The notes beneath the pieces were generated by a model. The model was not told the DNA's origin, did no database searches, and was given only the letters and a program-made list of their open reading frames with translations. From Candidatus Limnocylindrales bacterium (lineage in GTDB: Bacteria; Chloroflexota; Limnocylindria; Limnocylindrales; CSP1-4): a DNA stretch of 64,000 nt. The translations under genes were made by a program, and so were the position numbers. Positions 35,238 to 44,968 of this stretch are shown one piece after another (within the stretch, counting starts at the first letter, position 1; each line of letters starts with the position of its first letter). The DNA is taken from the NCBI GenBank assembly GCA_025450915.1, contig JANWLH010000124.1, positions 356-64,355 on the forward strand. The letters are read 5' to 3'.

Positions 35238-36184
35238 CTGCTCATCGGGTCGCGGCCGGACGTGTCGAGCATCGCCGCCCAGGGGTGAGCCGGATCGAGT
35301 GACGGGCAGAAGTTGAGATGCGCACCGGGAATGCCCAGCCGGAACCGGAGCACGGCCCCGAGGTCATCCTGGGTCACGAACAGCTCATCGTGATTCGGGC
35401 CGCCGAAGCAGACGTTGGTCGGCGTTGGGCCGCCTGTCGCAATCCGGTCGCGCTCGGTGCCGTTCGAGTCGTAGACGACGATCGCACCGCTGCCGATGTG
35501 GGCGACGTACAGGTTGCCCTCGGCGTCGAAGCACATCCCGTCGGGCCCGCCCCACTCCAGCCCTGCCTGGCTCGGGCATTCGCAGAAGAGCGTCTCGTTG
35601 GTCGCCTGGCCGGGGCCGGTCACGTCCCAGACCCAGATCCGGTTGGTGATCGTCTCGGCCACGTACAGGCGATCGTCACGGACGACGATCCCGTTCGGAA
35701 AGCGCATCCCGGTTCGCAGCCGATGGGTCGTTCCGCTCGCCCAGTCGAAGCCGAAGACGTTGCCGATCGGATGATCCCGGCCGCTCCCCCACGGATCGGT
35801 GAAGAAGAGGTTGCCGCCCGGATCGAAGCTCAGGTCGTTGGGCCCGTTCAGGCGGCCGCCATCCCAGGCGGCAAGGTGGTCGCTGATGACACCATCGGCG
35901 CCGACCCGGACGATCGACCGGCGGCCCTCGTCGGTGACGTACAGCGCCCCGTCCGGCCCGAAGGCCAGGGCGGCGGGGATCCCGGCCACGTCGCGCGTGG
36001 AGGTGGTGAACACGGTCCGGGTCGATCCCGGCCGGTCGAGCTGGGTTGCCGAGATGTCGCCACCTGCCGCCCGCCATGGTCCGCCGGGCTTGTCCTCGCT
36101 GCAGACGTTCAGGATCCAGCGGCCCGGCCCGACGACCGGGCCTTCCGGTGCGGGCTGGCCGTCCGCGATCAGCTCGAAGTCCAT
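35234..36184 (-). CDS. SMP-30/gluconolactonase/LRE-like beta-propeller protein (sugar lactonase-like)
   Basis: This is the C-terminal 316 aa of ORF 35234..36748, with ATG at 36184. Blocks NGPNDLSFDPGGNLFFTDP, RFPNGIVV, PDGMCFDAEGNLYVA and NVCFGGP are present. The upstream part of the ORF is antisense to the SDR gene. Confidence 0.88.
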   Translation of the reverse strand: MDFELIADGQPAPEGPVVGPGRWILNVCSEDKPGGPWRAAGGDISATQLDRPGSTRTVFTTSTRDVAGIPAALAFGPDGALYVTDEGRRSIVRVGADGVISDHLAAWDGGRLNGPNDLSFDPGGNLFFTDPWGSGRDHPIGNVFGFDWASGTTHRLRTGMRFPNGIVVRDDRLYVAETITNRIWVWDVTGPGQATNETLFCECPSQAGLEWGGPDGMCFDAEGNLYVAHIGSGAIVVYDSNGTERDRIATGGPTPTNVCFGGPNHDELFVTQDDLGAVLRFRLGIPGAHLNFCPSLDPAHPWAAMLDTSGRDPMSR

Positions 36185-36323
36185 GGCGGTCAACGTGGTA
36201 TCTCCCAGCCCCCCGTCGTGCCGGCGCCGCCCAGGCGCAATATCCTTCCAGTATTGGCAACTTCGTGCCGAGGAGCAATCGACGCGAGACCGTGCCCAAG
36301 GCCCAACCGATCGGAGCAGCTCG

Positions 36324-37058
36324 ATGAGTGATCTCGCGACCCAGGCCCAGGTCGCCATTGTGACCGGCGCCGGCTCGGGCATTGGGGCGGCGATCGCCCG
36401 GGATCTCGGGGCCCGGGGCACCAACCTGGTCCTGGTCGGGCGGCGCGCCGAGCTGCTCGACGAGCGGGTCGCTGAGATCATGGCGGGCGGCGGTAGCGCG
36501 CTGGCGTCACCCGGCGACGTCCGCGAGTTTGCCGACCTCGAGCGTGCGGCGAGCGTGGCCCTGGACCATTGGGGCCGGATTGACGTCCTGGTCGCGAATG
36601 CCGCGATCGCCGATTTCGGGCCGATCGCCGAGGCCGATCCCGAGCTATGGCGGGACGTGATCGTGACCAACGTGCTGGGGGTGATGTACGCCGTTCGAGC
36701 CGTGCTGCCCCACATGCTCGGGGCGGGCTCCGGCCACGTGGTCATCACTGCGTCGGGCTCGGGCCGGGTGACCTACGTCGGCGAGCCGGCCTACGTGGCC
36801 AGCAAGCACGCGACGGTCGCCTTCGCCGACTGTCTCCGGCTGGAGGTCGCGGCGGCCGGGATCCGGGTCTCGGTCATCGAACCGGGCCTGGTCGAGACGC
36901 CGCTCATCCACGTCTACGAGGGGTCCAACGACATGGTCGGCGAAGTCGACGCACTGACTCCCGAGGACATCGCCCGGGCGGTGCGCTACGTGCTCGACCA
37001 GCCGCCCGGGGTCAATGTCTTCGAGGTCCTCGTTCGCCCGACCAGGCAGCTGCTCTAG
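36324..37058 (+). CDS. SDR-family oxidoreductase
   Basis: ATG at 36324. TGAGSGIGAAIA, NAAI, and the catalytic YVASKHA motif. Confidence 0.9.
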   Translation: MSDLATQAQVAIVTGAGSGIGAAIARDLGARGTNLVLVGRRAELLDERVAEIMAGGGSALASPGDVREFADLERAASVALDHWGRIDVLVANAAIADFGPIAEADPELWRDVIVTNVLGVMYAVRAVLPHMLGAGSGHVVITASGSGRVTYVGEPAYVASKHATVAFADCLRLEVAAAGIRVSVIEPGLVETPLIHVYEGSNDMVGEVDALTPEDIARAVRYVLDQPPGVNVFEVLVRPTRQLL

Positions 37059-37069
37059 GAGGACGCACC

Positions 37070-38203
37070 ATGCCCGAGCTGTGGGGCCGCACGTACTCCC
37101 AGGCCGAGCTCATGCGCCGGGTCGGCCGCCTCGACCAGGTCGCCTGGGTCCGTGAAGTCACCCTCAACGACGGCCAGGGACGGGGCGTGCGGATTCTCGA
37201 GTTCCGGACCGGCTCGGGCTTCGCCTTCGACGTCCTCGTCGACCGCGCGTTTGACGTCGGGCGATGCGAGTACGAGGGCCGGGCGCTGAACTGGACGTCG
37301 TCGGTCGGCGTGGTCGCACCGGCCTTCTACGAGAACGACGCCTGGGGCTGGTTCCGCGCCTGGGGCGGCGGGATGGTCGTCACCTGCGGGCTCGACCACA
37401 CGATGAACGGCGCCCGGGACACCGCCGCCCAGTTCCACCAGCCGCACATGTTCGAGTCCGTCGACTACGGCCTCCACGGGCGAGTCGGTGGCCTCCCTGC
37501 CCGGCTGCTCGGCTACGGCGAGACCTGGGACGGCGACGAATGCATCCTGTGGGCCGAGGGCGAGGTCCGCCAGGTATCGGTCTTCGGGGAGACGCTGATC
37601 CTCCGCCGGCGGATCGAGACCCGCGTCGGCGCGAGCCACTTCACGCTCCACGACGAGGTCCGCAACGCCGGCTACAGCAGGACGAGCCACATGGTCCTGT
37701 ACCACTGCAACGTGGGCTTTCCGCTGGTCGACGGCGGCAGCGAGCTGCTCATCCCGAGTGCCGGGACGACGACCGACCCGTGGTCGTCGGTCGAGGGCTA
37801 TCGGACCCTGACCGAGCCCCAGGCGGACTTCCAGGAGGCCTGCTTCTACGAGGCGGTCCAGGCCGAAGCCTCGGGCCAGGTGCCCGTCGCCGTCGTCAAT
37901 CGCCGCCTCGGCCTGGGCTTGTACCAGGTCTTCGACCGGCGCCAGCTGCCCGAGTTCATGGTCTGGCGGATGATGGGCGAGGGTGCCTACGCGGTGGCCC
38001 TCGAGCCCGGGACGAACCGGGCGGTGCCCCGCTCCGAGCTGCGCTCAACCGGCCAGCTGATCGAGCTCGAGCCCGGGGAGCGGCGGACGTACGACCTGGA
38101 GCTCGGCGTCCTGCGCGGGGACACCGCGATCGACGGATTCCAGGAGCGTGTCGCCCGCGTCTCGGCGGTCGCCGCCCAGGTTCCTCGGCCCGATCCGAAG
38201 TAG
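37070..38203 (+). CDS. Aldose 1-epimerase-like protein (DUF4432 type)
   Basis: ATG 37070 is preceded by AGGAGG (37058-37063). Mutarotase-fold-like blocks (GRGVRILEFRTGSGF, LHGRVGGLPA, VALEPGTN). Family assignment is by recollection. Confidence 0.72.
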   Translation: MPELWGRTYSQAELMRRVGRLDQVAWVREVTLNDGQGRGVRILEFRTGSGFAFDVLVDRAFDVGRCEYEGRALNWTSSVGVVAPAFYENDAWGWFRAWGGGMVVTCGLDHTMNGARDTAAQFHQPHMFESVDYGLHGRVGGLPARLLGYGETWDGDECILWAEGEVRQVSVFGETLILRRRIETRVGASHFTLHDEVRNAGYSRTSHMVLYHCNVGFPLVDGGSELLIPSAGTTTDPWSSVEGYRTLTEPQADFQEACFYEAVQAEASGQVPVAVVNRRLGLGLYQVFDRRQLPEFMVWRMMGEGAYAVALEPGTNRAVPRSELRSTGQLIELEPGERRTYDLELGVLRGDTAIDGFQERVARVSAVAAQVPRPDPK

Positions 38204-38209
38204 CCGGGG

Positions 38210-39457
38210 CTATGCCGGGCGAGCGGAAGGCGGCTCCTGGTCGATCATCCGGATCCAGGGTGGTGGCGTCGGGACCGGTCGCGGCGTCATCGGGACGCCG
38301 TTGAGGATCGTCGCCCGGCATGCCAGCTTCTGATCGTAGCGACGCGTCTCGCCGAAGACGTCGAACAGCTCGATCGGACCCGGCTCCAGCTCGAGGATCG
38401 CGACATCGGCGCGAGCACCCGGGCGCAGCACACCCCGATCGGCGAGGCCGAACATCGCCGCAGGCGTCGACGTCGTGGCCCGGATCACCTCGGCCAGGGG
38501 CATTCCCAGGAAGAGGAGCTTGGTCATCACCGTGAGCAGGGTGAGCTGGGGCGCGCCGTCGCCCCGGACGCGGGAAATCTGCTCGCCGTCTTCGACCAGG
38601 CGCGGGCCGGGCAGGCTGAGCTGGTGCAGGTCGGTCGAGATCGAATCCGGCCAGAATCCCTGAGCGGTGAGCGCCTCGGCCGAGATGAACGAGAACGAGC
38701 CGGCACCGTGGCCGATGTCGAAGCGGACCCCCGCGTCGCGAGCCCGGCGGACCGAGGGCTTGATCCGCCGCCGGCTGTCGATCAGGCGCTCGCCGGCCGC
38801 CGTGAACGCATGGGTCACCGTGTCGCCCGCGCGCAGCTTGCCCAGGACGTTGTCGATCGACGGCGGTGACCCGCTGATGTGGCACATGATCGGCAGGCCC
38901 GTGCGCTGGCTGGCCTCGACCGCCTTGACCAGCGGCAACGTGCCCTGGTAGCCGACGCCATCACTGCCCATCCGGGTCTTGATCCCCACGATCACGTCAC
39001 GGTGGACGTCGACCACGCGCTCGAGCAGGTCGACGTTGCAGGTGGCTGGGTTGCAGTACTCGTCGTAGTTCATGCCCGCGACGCCCAGGTACGAGATGTT
39101 GATCAAGGCCCGGACGGTCACCTCGCTGCGCTCGATCACCTGCTCGCGAAAGGCGGGCATCCGGAAGGCGCCGGCCGAGCCGGCATCGAGCCAGGTCGTG
39201 ACCCCCGATTGCCAGGCGACGCTGTCGGGGTCGATCCCGAAGAAGTCCGAGCCTCGGAACAGGTGGGTATGGCTGTCGATCAGGCCGGGCGTCACGAGCG
39301 CGCCGCTTGCGTCGATCACCTGGCCGGCGCCGGCTGCCGGGATGCCGCGGGCGATCTGGCCGATCGTGCCAGCAGAGATCGCCACGTCCAGGATCTCGTC
39401 ACGGCCGCTGCCGGGATCGATCAGGCGGCCGTTCCTGATCAGCAGGTCAACTGCCAT
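38210..39457 (-). CDS. Amidohydrolase-superfamily metallohydrolase (dihydroorotase/deacetylase-like)
   Basis: 415-aa ORF. GAGGAG is upstream of ATG 39457. N-terminus LLIRNGRLIDP..., the HxH motif GLIDSHTHL, and later IGHG and DLH-type ligand positions. Confidence 0.88.
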   Translation of the reverse strand: MAVDLLIRNGRLIDPGSGRDEILDVAISAGTIGQIARGIPAAGAGQVIDASGALVTPGLIDSHTHLFRGSDFFGIDPDSVAWQSGVTTWLDAGSAGAFRMPAFREQVIERSEVTVRALINISYLGVAGMNYDEYCNPATCNVDLLERVVDVHRDVIVGIKTRMGSDGVGYQGTLPLVKAVEASQRTGLPIMCHISGSPPSIDNVLGKLRAGDTVTHAFTAAGERLIDSRRRIKPSVRRARDAGVRFDIGHGAGSFSFISAEALTAQGFWPDSISTDLHQLSLPGPRLVEDGEQISRVRGDGAPQLTLLTVMTKLLFLGMPLAEVIRATTSTPAAMFGLADRGVLRPGARADVAILELEPGPIELFDVFGETRRYDQKLACRATILNGVPMTPRPVPTPPPWIRMIDQEPPSARPA

Positions 39458-39536
39458 GAGCGTCGCTCCTCACTCTCCGGGCGGACACCGGTGATTGCCC
39501 AAATGTCTGGAACCGGATCGCCTCCGGTGCTTGCAT

Positions 39537-39555
39537 TGTTCACGATATTTGGACA
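39537..39555. promoter_or_regulatory. Inverted-repeat site TGTTCA-N7-TGGACA, candidate operator (site a)
   Basis: TGTTCAcgatattTGGACA lies in the 147-bp divergent region between the amidohydrolase gene and the CUT1 binding-protein gene. It has the same geometry as the sites at 47854 and 47970 and is locally AT-rich. Confidence 0.35.
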
Positions 39556-39604
39556 AGATAGGCTGCGTCAACGCGGTCGCCGCCTGAAAGAGACGAGGGA
39601 TGTG

Positions 39605-41002
39605 ATGAGGTTCCTGAACGCTCGGCATGGATCTGGCCGGGTTCTCGCCTTCATACTGCTGACGGCAATCCTCACCGGCGCGTGTTCCGGCAGCGCGACC
39701 CTCGCGCCGGTCACCGGACCGGTCGGATCAACGGCTCCGCAGACGAGCTCCGGGACGAGCAATGCCCCGAGCTCGGCGGCTGCGGCAACCCCGCTCGCCC
39801 CGGCGACGATCAACCTGTGGCTCGGCGGAATCCTCACGACAGCGACGTCCGGCAGCCCGTACGACCAGTGGCTGCAGCACATCATCACCCGGTTCAAGGC
39901 CGCCAACCCCGGCTCCGACGTGAAGATCACCCTGCTGCCACCCGACAACGGCCAGCTCGCGGCCCAGGTGCAGGCTGCCTTCGCTTCCAAGAAGGTCCCT
40001 GATGTGATGATGCTCTACTCGGGGGCCTACACCACGACCTACCAGGATGGCCTCCTGCCGCTCAACACGTTCGTCAACGCCACGCCAGGCTTCTACGACT
40101 CGATGAACGTCTGGGATATCTCGTGCGCCAATTTCGACTGCCAGAACGGAGCCGGGACGATCCTCGGCGTGCCCGTGGATTCGCTGCTGTTCGTGCAGTG
40201 GTACCGCAAGGACGTGCTGGCAAAGGCCGGAATCACCGCGCCGGCCACGACCTGGAGCGACATGATTGCCCAGTGCGACAAGCTGGTGGCGGCCGGCCTC
40301 ACGCCGTGGGTCTACGGCGATCGTGACGGTTACACGACCTCGAACATGATGACCACCGAGATCACCTCCTTCTTCCAGCCGGGAGACCTCCAGAAGGTCC
40401 TGGCCGGCACGATCAAGTACACCGACCCCAAGTTCGTCGATGCCTTCAATGCGATCAATGAGCTGAACACGCATCACTGCGTCTCGCCGTCCTCGTCGAC
40501 CCGGGAGCAGCTCGACGCCGCGAATGACATCGTCACCGGCAAGGTCGCGTACATGGAGGGCCAGCCCCAGTTCCTGCCATCGTTCTCGTCGATCCGGTCC
40601 GACATCGGCGTGTCGCTGATCCCATACGCGGGCACCGGGCCGATCACGGGCAATGCCACGAACTCGGGTGACAACTGGGTGATCCCCAAGGACTCCGCCC
40701 ATCCGGACCTTGCCTGGAGCTTCATCAAGCTCGCTTCGGACGTCCAGGCCGAGACCGAGGAGATCACGCTTCTCGGTTCTCCTCCGGCCAACAAGGCGGC
40801 CGCGGCCAACATCCAGGATCCGATCGTGAGTTACATCGCCAAGCAGACGCTCAGCGACGGCATGCCGATCCTCGACTCCGTCATGCCGAACGCGGCGGCC
40901 CTCGTCTGGTATCGCGAGCTCCAGCAGGCGTTCGCGGGCAAGATCTCGATCCAGGACGCACTGGCCGCGGTTCAACAGGCCCAGGATCAGGCCGCTCCGT
41001 AG
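39605..41002 (+). CDS. CUT1-type sugar ABC substrate-binding lipoprotein
   Basis: Lies in ORF 38879..41002 with ATG at 39605. The signal peptide has lipobox LTGAC. It is a family-1 extracellular solute-binding protein by length and composition. Confidence 0.88.
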   Translation: MRFLNARHGSGRVLAFILLTAILTGACSGSATLAPVTGPVGSTAPQTSSGTSNAPSSAAAATPLAPATINLWLGGILTTATSGSPYDQWLQHIITRFKAANPGSDVKITLLPPDNGQLAAQVQAAFASKKVPDVMMLYSGAYTTTYQDGLLPLNTFVNATPGFYDSMNVWDISCANFDCQNGAGTILGVPVDSLLFVQWYRKDVLAKAGITAPATTWSDMIAQCDKLVAAGLTPWVYGDRDGYTTSNMMTTEITSFFQPGDLQKVLAGTIKYTDPKFVDAFNAINELNTHHCVSPSSSTREQLDAANDIVTGKVAYMEGQPQFLPSFSSIRSDIGVSLIPYAGTGPITGNATNSGDNWVIPKDSAHPDLAWSFIKLASDVQAETEEITLLGSPPANKAAAANIQDPIVSYIAKQTLSDGMPILDSVMPNAAALVWYRELQQAFAGKISIQDALAAVQQAQDQAAP

Positions 41003-41003
41003 C

Positions 41004-41936
41004 ATGCAGCCGAGCGTCCCCGCTGGTACTGGTTCCTCCTCCGCCGGTACCAGCGGGAGGCGCAGAAATCCCCTGCGATCAGAGGCGAAATGGGGTGTCC
41101 TGTATGCCCTGCCCGCCCTCGCCGTCCTGGCCATCTTCGTCATCTACCCGGTCGGCTCGATCATCGTCCACGCGTTCACCCGCTGGGACGGATTCACTGA
41201 CCCGGTCTTCGTCGGGCTGAAGAACTTCCAGGCGCTGTTCGCGGACCAGACCTTCGCCAGCGCGCTGCGCAACAACATCTTCTTCGCCCTGTCGGTCCCC
41301 ATCCAGCTGGTCCTGCCGCTGGGCCTCGCCTTCCTGATCCACGAACGGCTGCCCGGCTGGCGGTTCTACCGCTGGACGTACTTCCTGCCGGCGATCTACT
41401 CAACCGTCGTGCTGGGCGTGCTCGCCCGTCTCGCGTTGCAGGTTGACGGACCCCTGAACGAGGCCCTGGCCGGCGTTGGTCTCGGTGGCCTCGTGCACGA
41501 CTGGCTGGGCGACGGGCCGACGGCCCTGGCCTCGATCCTGTTCGTCTTCGTGTGGGCGAACTTCGGCTACAACGTCGTCCTCTACCTCGCCGGGATGAGC
41601 GGCATCGACGCCCAGCTCCCGGAGGCCGCCCGCCTTGACGGCGCGAACCAGCTCCAGGTCCTTCGCCACGTCTTCGTGCCGGGCCTCCGCCGAGTGATGG
41701 AGATCGTGTTGGTCACGAGCACGATCAACGCCTTCGCCTACATGTTCACCTACGTCTTCACGATCACCAACGGCGGCCCGGGCTTCTCGACGTTCGTGGC
41801 CGAGTTCGACATCTACAACAACGCATTCGCGTTCCAGAAGCTGGGCTACGCCTGCGCGATGGGCCTCTGCCTGGCACTGCTCATCTCGATCCTCGGCTTC
41901 ATCCAGATCCGGTCGCTGACCGGCGGCCGCGAATGA
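41004..41936 (+). CDS. CUT1 sugar ABC permease (MalF/UgpA-like)
   Basis: 310-aa ORF with six TM segments and EAA loop PEAARLDGANQLQVLRHVFVP. Confidence 0.88.
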   Translation: MQPSVPAGTGSSSAGTSGRRRNPLRSEAKWGVLYALPALAVLAIFVIYPVGSIIVHAFTRWDGFTDPVFVGLKNFQALFADQTFASALRNNIFFALSVPIQLVLPLGLAFLIHERLPGWRFYRWTYFLPAIYSTVVLGVLARLALQVDGPLNEALAGVGLGGLVHDWLGDGPTALASILFVFVWANFGYNVVLYLAGMSGIDAQLPEAARLDGANQLQVLRHVFVPGLRRVMEIVLVTSTINAFAYMFTYVFTITNGGPGFSTFVAEFDIYNNAFAFQKLGYACAMGLCLALLISILGFIQIRSLTGGRE

Positions 41937-42769
41937 GGAACCGCGCGGTCCGGCCGAGACCACTCCGCTGGGCGCTCGTCGCGGGCATGACGGGCCTCGG
42001 AATCTCAGCCGTCATTCCGCTCGTGTTCATGCTCCAGGCGGCGTTCCGGACGCAGCTGGACTGGGCCAACTCCAAGATCGGCCTGCCAACGACCTTCTCG
42101 CTCGATGCCTTCGCGCGAGCCTGGGTCCAGGCCAGCATCGGGACCTATTTCATCAATTCCGTGATCGTGACGGTCGGCGCAGTGAGCCTCTCGGTGGCCC
42201 TTGCGGCGACCTCGGGTTATGCCTTCTCGACGCTCCGCTGGCGCGGCCGGACGTTCACCTATTTCTTCATCCTGGCCTGGATGGCGATCCCGCCGCTGCT
42301 GCTGATGGTGCCGATCTACGTGGAGATGAGCGATCTGGGCTTGATCGATACCTACTGGTCGGTGATCCTGCTCTACAGCGCCCTCAACCTGCCGTTCAAC
42401 ATGTACCTGATGACGGCCTTCTTCCGGGCGGTCCCGGTCGAACTGGTCGAAGCGGCCCGGGTTGACGGGGCGAGCGTCCACACGATCTTCCGGAGCCTGC
42501 TCCTGCCATTGTCGGTGCCGGCGCTCGCGACACTGGTGATCTTCAACGCCCTGTACGTCTGGAACGAGTTCGTGTTTGCCCTGCTGCTCCTGCACGACGA
42601 CAGCGTCCGGACCCTGACAGTCGGCGTGAACCAGCTCGTCGGCAAGTTCTTCTTCGACTACCCGGCTCTCCTGGCGGGCATGCTGATCACCTCGCTGCCG
42701 ATGGTGATCGTGTACCTCGTCTTCCAGAAGTACCTCGTCCGGGCGATTGCCGCGGGTGCCCTGAAATGA
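41933..42769 (+). CDS. CUT1 sugar ABC permease (MalG/UgpE-like)
   Basis: ATG 41933 overlaps the preceding stop (ATGA). The EAA loop is VEAARVDGASVHTIFRSLLLP. Confidence 0.88.
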   Translation: MRNRAVRPRPLRWALVAGMTGLGISAVIPLVFMLQAAFRTQLDWANSKIGLPTTFSLDAFARAWVQASIGTYFINSVIVTVGAVSLSVALAATSGYAFSTLRWRGRTFTYFFILAWMAIPPLLLMVPIYVEMSDLGLIDTYWSVILLYSALNLPFNMYLMTAFFRAVPVELVEAARVDGASVHTIFRSLLLPLSVPALATLVIFNALYVWNEFVFALLLLHDDSVRTLTVGVNQLVGKFFFDYPALLAGMLITSLPMVIVYLVFQKYLVRAIAAGALK

Positions 42770-42778
42770 GGTCCCGGA

Positions 42779-44161
42779 TCAGGATCCAGCCAGTCCGCAC
42801 CAGTCGATGGCGGCGAACGCATACACCTTGATCGCCGCGATCACGTCGGCGACCGCGACACTCTCGTCGATGGCGTGGGCGAACTGGATGCTGCCCGGAC
42901 CGCAGGTCAGCGCCGGGATCCCGGCCCGGTTGAACAGCATCGCATCGTCAACAGCGTCGAATGCGCGGATCCGGGGATCAATGTCCGGTCCCACGTGGAC
43001 CGGCTCGCCGAGCGCCGCGCGGCGTGAGGCCGCGACCGAGGCAACGAAGGGATGATCCTGGGCAAGAACCGACGGAGGCCAGTCGAAACGCCACGTGAGC
43101 TCCGCGGGATGTGCCGCCAACCAGGGATCCAGGCTCTCCGCACGCCTCACGAAGGACGTGATCTCCGCCTTGATCACGTCCGCGTCAACGTCGGGTGGAT
43201 ACAGGATCGAATACTCGATCCGACAGAACTCGGAAATGAAGAACGGAACCAGCGCTCCGTGAGGGCCGCCCGTCATGACGCCGGGGTGCAACGAGAAGTG
43301 ACCGGGTTTGAAGAGCGGGTGGACGTAGCGTTGACCCCATTGCTGCTCGAGGTTCTGAAGCGCAGCCAGGAGGTAGGCGCCCTTCTCGACGGCGTTCACG
43401 CCGGCCAGCTCGCCGACGCCGCCGGCTCGAATCAACTCAGGCCGCAGGTTGTTGTGGCCCCGCCGGCCACTGACCTCGATCGTGAGCCAGAGGAGACCCG
43501 CGCTGACCGGAGCGACGAGGAATGACGCGGGCGGGTGCATCGGGTCCGCGGCAATCGGGGTGGTGGGCTCCGTGACGATCGCCGCGTCGGCCCGGAACCC
43601 AGCCTCGATGACGCCGGCCGTCCCGAGATCATGCTCACCGACTTCCTCGCCGACCACGCTCTCGAGGGTCAGGTCGCCGGCGAGGAGCACGCCGGCATCG
43701 CGCAGGGCCCTCGCCGCCACCGCCGCGCAGACGAGAGCAGCTTTCTGGTCCGATGCGCCACGTCCCCAGACCCGTCCGTCGGCCACCCGCCCGCTCCACG
43801 GGTCGCCACCCGTCCAATCCTCGGGCCGCCCCGGCGGAACCACGTCGACGTGGCCGTTCAGGATGAGCGAGCGACCGTGGGCCGGGTCGGTACCGCGGAC
43901 CCGGCCGACCAGGTTCGGTCGTTGCGCGGCGACCTCGACCCATTCAATCCGGCAACCGGCGGCCTCGTAGGACCGGGCCAGGAGCTGGTTGGCCCGCGCT
44001 TCGCCCCCAAGATGATCCGCATAGTCGACGCCCGGATAGCTGGGGTCGACGCTCGGCACCCGAATCAGCGCGCCGATCGCATCGAGAGCCCCGGTGGCGA
44101 GCGCATCAGCTGCCTCGGCGACCCGGCGGCGTGCCTCACCAACCCCCGGTCCGTCGGTCAA
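42779..44161 (-). CDS. M20-family metallopeptidase / deacylase (ArgE/DapE-like)
   Basis: Lies in ORF 42779..44608. The start is placed at TTG 44161, overlapping the stop of the upstream SDR gene (TTGA). Blocks LILNGHVDVVPPG, GRGASDQKAA and VVGEEVGE are present. The start is uncertain. Confidence 0.82.
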   Translation of the reverse strand: MTDGPGVGEARRRVAEAADALATGALDAIGALIRVPSVDPSYPGVDYADHLGGEARANQLLARSYEAAGCRIEWVEVAAQRPNLVGRVRGTDPAHGRSLILNGHVDVVPPGRPEDWTGGDPWSGRVADGRVWGRGASDQKAALVCAAVAARALRDAGVLLAGDLTLESVVGEEVGEHDLGTAGVIEAGFRADAAIVTEPTTPIAADPMHPPASFLVAPVSAGLLWLTIEVSGRRGHNNLRPELIRAGGVGELAGVNAVEKGAYLLAALQNLEQQWGQRYVHPLFKPGHFSLHPGVMTGGPHGALVPFFISEFCRIEYSILYPPDVDADVIKAEITSFVRRAESLDPWLAAHPAELTWRFDWPPSVLAQDHPFVASVAASRRAALGEPVHVGPDIDPRIRAFDAVDDAMLFNRAGIPALTCGPGSIQFAHAIDESVAVADVIAAIKVYAFAAIDWCGLAGS

Positions 44162-44964
44162 CGGACGGCGTCGGGCACGAATGGCTCGCCGAGCTCGAGC
44201 GGGACCGGCAGGCCGACAGAATAGGCTCCGTCGACCACGAGCAGCTCTCCGGCAATGAACGAAGCGTCGTCGGAGCACAGGAACAGGATCGGCCGGGCGA
44301 TCTCGACCGGTTCCGCGAATCGACCCAGTGGCGTCCGGGCAAGGAACACGTCGCGTTGGATGGGGTGCTCGGTGACGGGTGCGAGCCTCGTGCGGACGAT
44401 GCCCGGCGCAACGCCGTTCACCCGGATCCCCTTCGGTGCCAACTCCATCGCTGCCGTCTGCATCACGGCGACCTGGCCGCTCTTGGCCGCGTTGTAGAAG
44501 ACGCCGCCTTGCTCCGGCTGGAATGCGTTCGTTGACGAGACCACGACGATGGCTCCCCCGTGCCCCTCCTCGACCATCCGCCGGGCCGCCGCCTGGACGC
44601 ACAGCCACGTTCCCTTGACATCGATCCCGATCTGCTGATCCCAGGCTGCTTCGCTGCCATCGAGGAACGGTACGAAGTCGGCGATGCCCGCATTCGCGAC
44701 CATGACGTCGATCCGCCCGAAGGCCGCCACGCAGCCGGCGACGGCTCGTTCAACATCCGTCTTCCGGGCCACGTCGCCGACGACGATCTCGCAGTTCCCG
44801 CCTCCTGCCCGGATCGCCGCGGCGGCATCCTCGAGGCTGTCGGCGTGCCAGCCGAACAGGAGCACGCCGGCCCCTTCGCTGGCAAAGCACTCGGCCGTCG
44901 CCCGACCGATCCCGCGCCCGGCACCCGAGACCACGACACCCTGCCCGGCGAAACGATTCGTCAC
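44158..44964 (-). CDS. SDR-family oxidoreductase
   Basis: GTG 44964 lies 4 nt after the stop of the upstream regulator gene. Motifs SGAGRGIGRA, NAGI and YNAAKSG. Confidence 0.9.
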   Translation of the reverse strand: MTNRFAGQGVVVSGAGRGIGRATAECFASEGAGVLLFGWHADSLEDAAAAIRAGGGNCEIVVGDVARKTDVERAVAGCVAAFGRIDVMVANAGIADFVPFLDGSEAAWDQQIGIDVKGTWLCVQAAARRMVEEGHGGAIVVVSSTNAFQPEQGGVFYNAAKSGQVAVMQTAAMELAPKGIRVNGVAPGIVRTRLAPVTEHPIQRDVFLARTPLGRFAEPVEIARPILFLCSDDASFIAGELLVVDGAYSVGLPVPLELGEPFVPDAVR

Positions 44965-44968
44965 GGGC

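Noticed and set aside
36238-36256. Short AT-rich inverted repeat CAATA-N9-TATTG between the lactonase and SDR genes
   Set aside because: The arms are only 5 bp, there is no second occurrence, and such a repeat is expected by chance.
35234-36748. 504-aa ORF suggesting a lactonase with a long N-terminal extension
   Set aside because: Only the last 316 aa (from ATG 36184) look like an SMP-30 protein. The first 188 codons are antisense to the SDR gene at 36324-37058 and are Ala/Arg/Ser/Pro-rich.
42779-44608. 609-aa ORF suggesting an M20 peptidase with a 150-aa N-terminal extension
   Set aside because: The extension lies out of frame over the 3' part of the SDR gene (44158-44964) and is Arg-rich. 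An in-frame TTG at 44161 overlapping the SDR stop gives a normal-length M20 protein.
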